Positions 9,355 through 16,940 of a stretch of 64,000 bases of DNA are shown here, piece by piece. Position 1 is the first letter of the stretch, and the number at the start of each line of letters is the position of its first letter. The notes under the pieces are model-generated. The model was not told where the DNA came from, did not search any database, and saw only the letters and a list, made by a program, of their open reading frames with translations. A program made the position numbers and the translations under genes. Origin of the DNA: Candidatus Binatia bacterium (lineage in GTDB: Bacteria > Desulfobacterota > Binatia > UBA9968 > JAJDTQ01); contig OY762897.2 of assembly GCA_963666515.2 (NCBI GenBank), positions 480,001-544,000 on the forward strand. Reading direction: 5' to 3'.

Positions 9355-10935
9355 ATGCGCTTCTTCAACACCACCGGCCCGGTCCGGCCCGAGAAGCACT
9401 ACGGCATCCCGGCGCTGAGCCGGCTCGATCTGGACGAGGTGCTGGCCCTTGTCCGCGACGAGCGCTACTTCGTGCTGCACGCGCCGCGGCAGACGGGCAA
9501 GACCTCGGCGCTGCTGGCGCTGCGGGACTTGCTGAACGGCGGCGCCGAAGGCGCCTACCGTTGCGTCTACGCCAACGTCGAGGCCGCCCAGGCCGCGCGC
9601 GAGGACCTGGAGCCGGCCATGCGCGCGATCCTGAACGAGCTGGCATTCCGGGCGCGCTCGACGTTGCGGGACGAATTCCTGGGCGAGGTCTGGCCGGGCA
9701 TCCTGGCCACGGCCGGCCCGGGCGGCGCGCTCGGCGAGGCGCTGAGCCGCTGGTCCGAGGCCGACCCGAGGCCGCTGGTGCTGCTCATCGACGAGATCGA
9801 CGCGCTGGTGGGCGACACCCTGCTGTCGGTGCTGCGCCAGCTTCGTGCCGGATACGACCAGCGCCCCGGGAACTTTCCCCAGAGCGTGGTGCTTTGCGGG
9901 GTGCGCGACGTGCGCGACTACCGCATCCATTCCAGCGCCGAGAAGCAGGTGGTCGCCGGCGGCAGCGCGTTCAACGTCAAGGCCGAGTCGCTGCGCCTGG
10001 GCGACTTCTCCGAGGCCGAGACGCGCCAACTCCTGACCCAGCACACGGAGGAGACCGGGCAGGGGTTCACCGAAGACGCGCTGGCCGAGGTGTGGCGGCT
10101 GACCCAGGGCCAGCCGTGGCTGGTGAACGCGCTGGCGTACGACGCCTGCTTCCGCCACAAGCCGGGGCGGGACCGCGGCCGGCCGGTCACCGGGGCCTCG
10201 GTGACCGAAGCGCGTGAGCGCCTGATCTCGCGCCGGGAGACCCACCTGGACCAGTTGGCGGACAAGCTCCAGGAGGACCGGGTGCGGCGGGTGGTGGGGC
10301 CGCTCCTGAGCGGCGGCGACGAGCGTGAGTTCTCGGCGCGGGACCTGGAATACGTGCGGGACCTGGGGCTGGTGGCGTGTGACGGGCCGCTCCGCATCGC
10401 CAATCCCATCTATGCCGAGGTGGTGCCGCGGGAGCTGACCTACGCGGCCCAGGCGGGGCTGGTGCAGGACATGGCCTGGTACGTGGACGCGGAGGGCGGG
10501 CTGGAGGTGGGGAAGCTGTTGGCGGCGTTCCAGGAGTTCTTCCGGGAGCACTCCGAGCACTGGGTGGCGCGGTTCGACTACAAGGAGGCCGGGCCGCAGC
10601 TTCTGTTGCAGGCGTTCCTGCAGCGGGTGGTGAACGGCGGCGGCCGCATCGAGCGGGAATACGGGCTGGGGCGGGGGCGCACCGACCTGCTGATCGTCTG
10701 GCCCCAGGGGGAGCGGACGCGCAGGTTCGTGATCGAGTGCAAGGTGCTGCACAAGAGCCTGGAGCGGACCATCGCCGACGGCCTTGAGCAGACCGCGGCC
10801 TATATGGACCGCTGCGCCGCGGAAGCGGGCCACCTGGTCATCTTCGACCGCGACGAAAGCCGGAGCTGGGAGGACAAGCTGTTCCACCGCCGCGAGCCCG
10901 CCGCTGGCGCCGGCATCGAGGTGTGGGGCATGTGA
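9355..10935 (+). CDS. AAA-like P-loop ATPase with C-terminal PD-(D/E)xK nuclease-like domain
   Basis: Walker A APRQTGKT, Walker B LLIDEID, C-terminal EREYGLGRGRTDLLI...FVIECK. Confidence 0.85.
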   Translation: MRFFNTTGPVRPEKHYGIPALSRLDLDEVLALVRDERYFVLHAPRQTGKTSALLALRDLLNGGAEGAYRCVYANVEAAQAAREDLEPAMRAILNELAFRARSTLRDEFLGEVWPGILATAGPGGALGEALSRWSEADPRPLVLLIDEIDALVGDTLLSVLRQLRAGYDQRPGNFPQSVVLCGVRDVRDYRIHSSAEKQVVAGGSAFNVKAESLRLGDFSEAETRQLLTQHTEETGQGFTEDALAEVWRLTQGQPWLVNALAYDACFRHKPGRDRGRPVTGASVTEARERLISRRETHLDQLADKLQEDRVRRVVGPLLSGGDEREFSARDLEYVRDLGLVACDGPLRIANPIYAEVVPRELTYAAQAGLVQDMAWYVDAEGGLEVGKLLAAFQEFFREHSEHWVARFDYKEAGPQLLLQAFLQRVVNGGGRIEREYGLGRGRTDLLIVWPQGERTRRFVIECKVLHKSLERTIADGLEQTAAYMDRCAAEAGHLVIFDRDESRSWEDKLFHRREPAAGAGIEVWGM

Positions 10936-11023
10936 GCCGCGCCGCCTTCACTCGCCCTTGGGCCGGTGGTACACAGAGGATCGACTCACACGAAGCAGGG
11001 GGCTTTCCAACCTTCTCTCTGTG

Positions 11024-12499
11024 CTAACGACTGCCGCCGCGCCCGCCACTCCGCCCTGCCACCGCGATCAACGTAAACGCCAGCGCGCTTAGCCCCAAGC
11101 ATGCCGCCGTAGTGTACGCGTACCCGTATCCATCCATGAACGCTGCCAGCAGCCGCGGACTGTCCGCGATATTCAGCGCGGCCAGGTCTTGGGGTCCGGA
11201 TTGGTTGGTGACCGCGGCCAGCCGCATGCCGACGAAGGCCGTCGCGATGGCGGTGCCCAGGGAGCGGCCGACGCTGCGGATGATGGAGATGACGGAGGAG
11301 GCGATGCCCAGGCGCTCGGGCGGGACGGAGCTGATGAGGCCGTGGTTGTTGGGGGTCTGGAACAGGCCGAGGCCGACGCCAAGGAGGGCCAGGCGCGGCA
11401 CGATCTCGGCGGGGCCGGAAACCGGGCCCAGCAGGCTCATGGCGTACATGGCCACGGCCACCACCACGGCTCCGGCGGCCGCAGGCAGGGTGGAGCCGAC
11501 GCGGTCGGTGAGCCACCCGGCCGAGGGCGACACCACCATGAGCACCAGTGCGGTGGCGGTCATCAGGGTGCCGGCCTCCAGCGGGTCCATGCGCAGCACG
11601 AGCTGGAGCAGGAACGGCATCATCAACTCGTTGGTGCTGAGAGCCACGAAGGTGGACAGGCGCGCGATGTTGCCGGCGGCAAAGGGCACGATCCGCAGCA
11701 GCGCGAGGTCGAGGATGGGGTAGGGGCAAGTCGCTTCCCGCCACACGAACAGGGCCATGAAGAGCGCGCTCAGCAGGAATCCGCCGTAGCCCAAACCGCC
11801 CCGTGTGATTCCCAGCAGCAGGAACGTCAACCCCACCGCGAACAGGCCAGCGCCGGCGAAGTCGAAGGGCTCCCGCGCCGCCCGGCTGCCCGACCTCCGG
11901 TCGTCCAGCAGGAGGAAGCGGGCGGCGGCGAAGCCGATGAAGGACAGGGCGCCGGAGATGAAGAAGATGTAGCGCCATCCCAGGGTGAAGGTGATGAATC
12001 CGCCCACCACGGGTCCCAGCGTGAAGCCGATGGCGGAGACCAGGCCGCCGGACAGGCCCATGGCCCGGCCGCGGTCCGGGCCGGTGAAAAGGGAGGCGGT
12101 CAGGGCGAAGGTGTTGGTCATCATCAGGGCCGCGCCCACGGCCTGTCCCACGCGGCAGGCCATCAACTGCGCAGGTCCCTGGGCCACTCCCGCCAGCATC
12201 GAGGCCACGCCGTAGACCAGGAAGCCGGCGGAGAAGGTGAGCTTGCGTCCGAGCAGGTCCGAGAGCCTGCCGCAGGGCAGGTACAGGGCGCCGGTCACCA
12301 GCGCGTAGACGAAGACGATCCAGCCGGCGAAAGTGATATCCGTGCGGAACTCGGTTATGATCACCGGCAGGCTTATGGTAAGCATCCCGACATCGGTGGT
12401 GGCGATGAAGACGGAGATCACGACCACCCACAGCGCCCACCAGCGGTGGTTGGGGCCGAAGATGCGGTTGTCGATGAAGTCTCTGAGCCAGGGGGTCAT
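11024..12499 (-). CDS. MFS transporter, DHA2 (EmrB/QacA-like)
   Basis: GRLSDLLGRK motif A, GPVVGG motif C, many TM helices. Confidence 0.9.
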   Translation of the reverse strand: MTPWLRDFIDNRIFGPNHRWWALWVVVISVFIATTDVGMLTISLPVIITEFRTDITFAGWIVFVYALVTGALYLPCGRLSDLLGRKLTFSAGFLVYGVASMLAGVAQGPAQLMACRVGQAVGAALMMTNTFALTASLFTGPDRGRAMGLSGGLVSAIGFTLGPVVGGFITFTLGWRYIFFISGALSFIGFAAARFLLLDDRRSGSRAAREPFDFAGAGLFAVGLTFLLLGITRGGLGYGGFLLSALFMALFVWREATCPYPILDLALLRIVPFAAGNIARLSTFVALSTNELMMPFLLQLVLRMDPLEAGTLMTATALVLMVVSPSAGWLTDRVGSTLPAAAGAVVVAVAMYAMSLLGPVSGPAEIVPRLALLGVGLGLFQTPNNHGLISSVPPERLGIASSVISIIRSVGRSLGTAIATAFVGMRLAAVTNQSGPQDLAALNIADSPRLLAAFMDGYGYAYTTAACLGLSALAFTLIAVAGRSGGRGGSR

Positions 12500-12628
12500 G
12501 GTGCGTGGGTCGGGAGCGGCCGTGAGTTCGTCCCATCCTTCTTAGCGGCTTCTTGTTCAGCACGAAAACGGTTGGAGGATACGCGGACCCGAAGCACTCG
12601 CAGCGGGGTCCCGGCAGGAGGTCAGGGT

Positions 12629-14056
12629 ATGGCCATTCGATCCGGCAGGAACTACATCGAGTCGCTGCGCGACGGCCGCGAGGTGTGGCACGCGGGGAAG
12701 CGCATCGACGACATCACCACCCATCCCGGCTTTACCGGCACCATCAAGACTCTCGCGGATCTCTACGACCGGCAGGCGTCGGCGGAAGACGGCGACACCA
12801 TGAGCGTCGCGCGGGACGGCGAGCGCATCTCCTACAGCTACCTGCCGCCGCTGAACGCGGAGGAGTTGCTCGCCAAGCGCGCCAACATCGAGCTGTGGTC
12901 CCGCGAGACCTTCGGCCAGATGGGCCGCTACCCGGAGTTCTGCGCGGAGCTGGTGGTGGGCATCCTGGACATCGCCGACACCTTGGCGGACCACGACCCG
13001 CGCTGGGGCGAAAACGCCCGGGAGTACTACCGCCACTGCATCGCCGGCGACCTGTGCCTGACCCACGCCCTGCAGGACCAGTTCTACGACCACTCGAAGC
13101 GGGTGAGCGAGCAGCCCGATCCGGACTTGGTCCTCCACGTGGTCCGGGAGACTTCGGAGGGGCCTGTGGTCCGCGGGCTCCGGAACCTCGCGACCCTGGC
13201 GCCCCTGTCCGACGAGGCGCTCGTGTACCCCAACCGGCCGCGTGACCCGGACGAGCCGGACTACGCCCTGGCCTTCGCCATCCCCATGAACGCCCCCGGA
13301 CTGAAGATCGTCTGCCGTGACCTGTACGCCGAACACGCCGACCCAGAGCGCTTTCCGATCACCGCCCGCTTCGACGAGGTGGACGCCACGCTCATCTTCG
13401 ACGACGTCCTGGTGCCCTGGAACCGCGTCTTCGCCTACCGCAAGCCCGAACTAGTGGCCGGCTTTCACCGAAGCATCCAGACCTGGGCCGCCTACGCCAC
13501 CCTGGTCCGCCTCATCATCAAGATCGAGACGTTCCTTGCGGTGGCCCAGCTCCTGACGGAATGGTCCGGCCGGCACAAGAACCCCAACTCGCAACTCCGG
13601 CTGGCCTCGTTCGTCAAGGACCTGGAAGTGCTGCGCGACTGCGTGGAGATGGGGGAGGCGCGCGCATTCCGCACAAGCGGCGGCTTGTGGGCGCCGCTGC
13701 TCACAGCGGCCTACCGGGTGCACAGCATCGAGGCGTGCGACCGGGCCATGGAGAACATGGAGGGTCTGCTGACCAGCTCGCTGGTGCTCACCGGCGGCGG
13801 CTCGGATCTGGACAACGGGGAGCTGGGGCCGCTGGTGGACCGCTACTTTCGCGGCTGCGCCCCCAGCACCCGGGAGCACCTGCGGCTGCTGGCGGTGGCG
13901 GCCGATCTGGTCATGACGCCCTTCGGCAAGCGCGGACAACTCTACGAGCGTCTTCAGAGCGGCGACCCGGACAACCAGCGGCGGCGCGCCTACGCGCAGT
14001 TCAAGGAGCGCGACGGCGCCGAGCGGATGCTGGAGTTCATCAACAAGGACTGGTGA
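12629..14056 (+). CDS. 4-hydroxyphenylacetate 3-hydroxylase-family (HpaB-like) flavin monooxygenase, oxygenase component
   Basis: YIESLRDGREVWHAGKRI, FAIPMNAPGLKIVCR, RFDEVDATLIFDDVLVPWNRVF; SD GGAGG before ATG 12629. Confidence 0.9.
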   Translation: MAIRSGRNYIESLRDGREVWHAGKRIDDITTHPGFTGTIKTLADLYDRQASAEDGDTMSVARDGERISYSYLPPLNAEELLAKRANIELWSRETFGQMGRYPEFCAELVVGILDIADTLADHDPRWGENAREYYRHCIAGDLCLTHALQDQFYDHSKRVSEQPDPDLVLHVVRETSEGPVVRGLRNLATLAPLSDEALVYPNRPRDPDEPDYALAFAIPMNAPGLKIVCRDLYAEHADPERFPITARFDEVDATLIFDDVLVPWNRVFAYRKPELVAGFHRSIQTWAAYATLVRLIIKIETFLAVAQLLTEWSGRHKNPNSQLRLASFVKDLEVLRDCVEMGEARAFRTSGGLWAPLLTAAYRVHSIEACDRAMENMEGLLTSSLVLTGGGSDLDNGELGPLVDRYFRGCAPSTREHLRLLAVAADLVMTPFGKRGQLYERLQSGDPDNQRRRAYAQFKERDGAERMLEFINKDW

Positions 14057-14098
14057 TGCGGCCGGCGGCAACGCCGTTCAGCGCGTGGTAGACACGAC

Positions 14099-15028
14099 AT
14101 GAGCCCTGTGGCGCCCGTTCTCAGGCGCGCCCGCTCGGTGGCCGAGATGCACTCCTTCCGGGGCGGCATCGGCAGCGCCGCGAGCCGCGCGGCGGCGCTG
14201 GCGTTCCGGCCCCGGCCCTCCGATGTCCTCATCGCCACCTTTCCCAAGTGCGGCACCACTTGGCTGCAGCAGATCGTGCACGGGCTCAGGACCCGTGGCT
14301 CCATGGACTTCGAGGAGATCACCCTGGTGGTGCCCTGGCTCGAGCTGGCGCTGGACCTCGGTATCGACCCGGATGCGCCCCAGGCGGCCGAGCCCCGCGC
14401 CTTCAAGAGCCACCTGAACTGGCACGACGTCCCCAAGGGGGGACGCTACATCACCATGGTGCGGGACCCCGGGGACGTGCTGGTGTCCATGTACCACTTC
14501 CACGAGGGTTGGCGTTTCGAGGCCGGGGCCATCACCCTGGAGGACTATTCCCGGAGTTTCTTCCTGGCCCCGGAGCGGGACCGCGGCTACTGGAAACACG
14601 TGGCCTCGTGGTGGCCGCAGCGCGGCCGTGAGGACGTGTTGATGCTGTGCTACGAGTCGGCCCTGGCGGACGTGCCCGGAACGGTGCGGCGCATCGCCGG
14701 GTTCATTGGCTGTCCGCTTGACGGCGAGCTGTTGGAGATCGTGGTCCGCCAATCCTCCATCGAGTTCATGAAGGCGCACGGAACCCGGTTCGACGACCAC
14801 GTGGTGCGGGAGGCGCGCAACGCCGCCGCCGGCCTTCCGCCCGGAGGCGCATCGTCCAAGTTGAGGAGCGGCCGGGTAGGCGACCATGTGGACAGGCTGC
14901 CGATGGACGTGCGGGCAGCCCTGGACGGCATCTGGCGGGAGGCGATGGGGGGCCGCTTCGGGCTCGCTTCCTACCGGGACATGGTGGCCGCTCTCGGCCC
15001 CGCCGACGGCTCGCTGGCCATTGGCTAG
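14099..15028 (+). CDS. PAPS-dependent sulfotransferase (Sulfotransfer_1)
   Basis: 5'-PSB loop TFPKCGTTW, KSH, 3'-PB RDPGDVLVS, RSGRVGD. Confidence 0.9.
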   Translation: MSPVAPVLRRARSVAEMHSFRGGIGSAASRAAALAFRPRPSDVLIATFPKCGTTWLQQIVHGLRTRGSMDFEEITLVVPWLELALDLGIDPDAPQAAEPRAFKSHLNWHDVPKGGRYITMVRDPGDVLVSMYHFHEGWRFEAGAITLEDYSRSFFLAPERDRGYWKHVASWWPQRGREDVLMLCYESALADVPGTVRRIAGFIGCPLDGELLEIVVRQSSIEFMKAHGTRFDDHVVREARNAAAGLPPGGASSKLRSGRVGDHVDRLPMDVRAALDGIWREAMGGRFGLASYRDMVAALGPADGSLAIG

Positions 15029-15882
15029 GGCGCGCCCTTTCCGTGGCCGCCTGGGCTGGTCAGGATTCGGTGCAGGTCGGCTTGGGTGTAAACGTCGCGG
15101 GCGAATTCGAAGGTGCCCGGTCCACGCAACTCATCGGCAGCCTGCCGCACCAGCGACATCGCCGCCTTGGCAAGGTTGCTGCCGACGGTCACCCGCCTGA
15201 CGCCCAGATCACGAAGCTTCGGAACCGGCGGAGTGTTCGGGCCGGCCAGCACGTTCATCGGCCCGTCGATGGCAGCGGCCAGCCGGCCGATCAGCGCGCC
15301 GTCGCTGACGAACGGCACGAACGCGCAACGGGCGCCGGCCTGGAGGTAGGCGTTGGCGCGGCGGACCGTCTCGGAAAACACGTCCTCGCCGTCACCATGA
15401 TGAAATCCGTCGGTGCGGGCATTGATGACCATCGGAATGCCCGCCGAATCGGCGACCGCGCGGGCCGCGCGGATGCGTTCCACCGCCACCGCGAACTCGA
15501 TGAGGTGTCCCGGGTTCCGCTTGTCACCGTCCTCGATGTTCATCCCGACCGCGCCGGCTCCGAGGGTCCGGCGTGTGGTTTCCGCCACGTTCTCCGGCGC
15601 GGGACCGTAACCCGCTTCCATGTCCGCCGAGACCGGAACGGGCACGGCGTTGGCGATGCGGCGCACGGCACCGGCCATTTCCCGCAAGGAGATGTTCTCG
15701 CCGTCGCGGTATCCGAGCGCGAACGCGCAGCCGCCGCTGGTGGTCGCCACCGCGGCGAAACCCGCGTCCACCAGGACACACGCGCTGATCGCATCCCACG
15801 CATTGGGCAGGACGAGAAGCTCATCGCCTTCGTGCATCGCCGCGAAGGTTTCGGCGCGTTTCTTCTGTTCGGACCTTCTCAT
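15025..15882 (-). CDS. Isocitrate lyase/PEP mutase family protein
   Basis: PNAWDAISA, SADMEAGYG, GMNIED, INARTD. Confidence 0.85.
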   Translation of the reverse strand: MRRSEQKKRAETFAAMHEGDELLVLPNAWDAISACVLVDAGFAAVATTSGGCAFALGYRDGENISLREMAGAVRRIANAVPVPVSADMEAGYGPAPENVAETTRRTLGAGAVGMNIEDGDKRNPGHLIEFAVAVERIRAARAVADSAGIPMVINARTDGFHHGDGEDVFSETVRRANAYLQAGARCAFVPFVSDGALIGRLAAAIDGPMNVLAGPNTPPVPKLRDLGVRRVTVGSNLAKAAMSLVRQAADELRGPGTFEFARDVYTQADLHRILTSPGGHGKGAP

Positions 15883-15934
15883 CGTCTCTCGCTGGCCGGA
15901 TTCCCGGCGTCACCGCGGGTTTGAAACCGGCCTG

Positions 15935-16681
15935 CTACTCGTCGTACCTCCCGTCCTTGTTGGGGACGAGCTTGCCGTCTTCGTAGTAGAAGCACCGCCC
16001 CGAATCCTCCATCGGCACCTGGGCGGCCAGCACGAACCCTTGGCCCAGGACCTCCGGCGTCGGGAGGCGCGTGAAGGCTTCCTCCGGCGCTCCCTCGGTG
16101 ACGATGGGCACCCGCGGTGAAAAGGTGACCACGCAGACGTTGGACTCCCGTACTTCCTCCGCCAGGTAGCGGCTGAAGGTCCAGATGGCGTCCTTGGTGA
16201 CCACGTAGGCGCAGGCGCCGCCGGGCGAGACGCCGCCGCCGCCGTACAGGTTGATGATGTGCCCGGAGCCGCGTGGCTCCATGTGGGCGAGCGCGTGCTT
16301 GGAGCAGAGGAAGGTGCCTCCCAGGTTGGTCTGGATGACCTTGTCCCAGAAGTTCACGTCCATGTCCTTGATCAGCGGCCAGCGGGGGATGCCCCAGGCG
16401 AAATGCGGCACGATGGCGGCGTCGTTCACCAGCACGTCGACCTGCCCGAACCGGTATATGACTTCGTCGAACGCCCGCCGGACCGCCTTCTCGTCCCGCA
16501 CGTCCGCGTTGATGCCCAGGGCGTCGGTCATCTCGCCCAGCTCGGGGCCGGTCTTGTCGAGCCATTCCTGGCTCACGTCGATGATGACGACCTTGGCCTT
16601 CTCCCGCGCGAACGTCAGCGCAGCATGGCGTCCGATGCCCTTGCCGCCGCCCGTGACCACGACCACTTTGCCTTCCAGCAT
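15935..16681 (-). CDS. Short-chain dehydrogenase/reductase
   Basis: TGGGKGIG, VNDA, YVVTK. Confidence 0.9.
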   Translation of the reverse strand: MLEGKVVVVTGGGKGIGRHAALTFAREKAKVVIIDVSQEWLDKTGPELGEMTDALGINADVRDEKAVRRAFDEVIYRFGQVDVLVNDAAIVPHFAWGIPRWPLIKDMDVNFWDKVIQTNLGGTFLCSKHALAHMEPRGSGHIINLYGGGGVSPGGACAYVVTKDAIWTFSRYLAEEVRESNVCVVTFSPRVPIVTEGAPEEAFTRLPTPEVLGQGFVLAAQVPMEDSGRCFYYEDGKLVPNKDGRYDE

Positions 16682-16728
16682 GTCGATCCTCCAATTGGCA
16701 GTTCTGCTCCTCCGTCATTCCCGCGAAA

Positions 16729-16921
16729 CAGGCTGTGGCAAAATTCGCGAGGCAGACACGTTACCAATACGTCATTCCGGCGAAAGCCGGAATCCAGGGG
16801 TGGAGAGGGGTGCATCGTGCGTGTTTCTCCGCCCCACCCTCCTGGATTCCGGCTTTCGCCGGAATGACGATTCGAGCGTCGTCGCTTCTCCGCACGCAGG
16901 ACGGAGTTTCGACACAGCCTG
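16729..16921. mobile_element. 193-bp MITE with 18-bp imperfect terminal inverted repeats and GAAA target duplication
   Basis: Left end CAGGCTGTGGCAAAATTC versus reverse complement of the right end CAGGCTGTGTCGAAACTC (15/18 match); GAAA on both sides. Confidence 0.7.
16770..16869. repeat. Inverted REP doublet
   Basis: Perfect 29-bp inverted repeat CGTCATTCCGGCGAAAGCCGGAATCCAGG (16770-16798 / 16841-16869). Confidence 0.9.
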
Positions 16922-16940
16922 GAAAGCGCGAATCCATAAC

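Larger units (their letters stand above)
16713..16937. repeat. CGTC-type REP unit split by a MITE insertion
   Basis: CGTCATTCCCGC-GAAA (16713-16728) and GAAA-GCGCGAATCCAT (16922-16937) rejoin into one REP hairpin. Confidence 0.75.

Noticed and set aside
5140-10935. Integron cassette array
   Set aside because: No convincing attC (RYYYAAC...GTTRRRY) structures between genes and no integrase.
11189-12628. Apparent N-terminal fusions in the track ORFs 11189..14056, 23468..26413, 25558..27291, 37598..39151 and 59457..62246
   Set aside because: The extensions overlap real genes. Family-typical N-termini with SD sites or stop-codon overlaps give the shorter starts used here.
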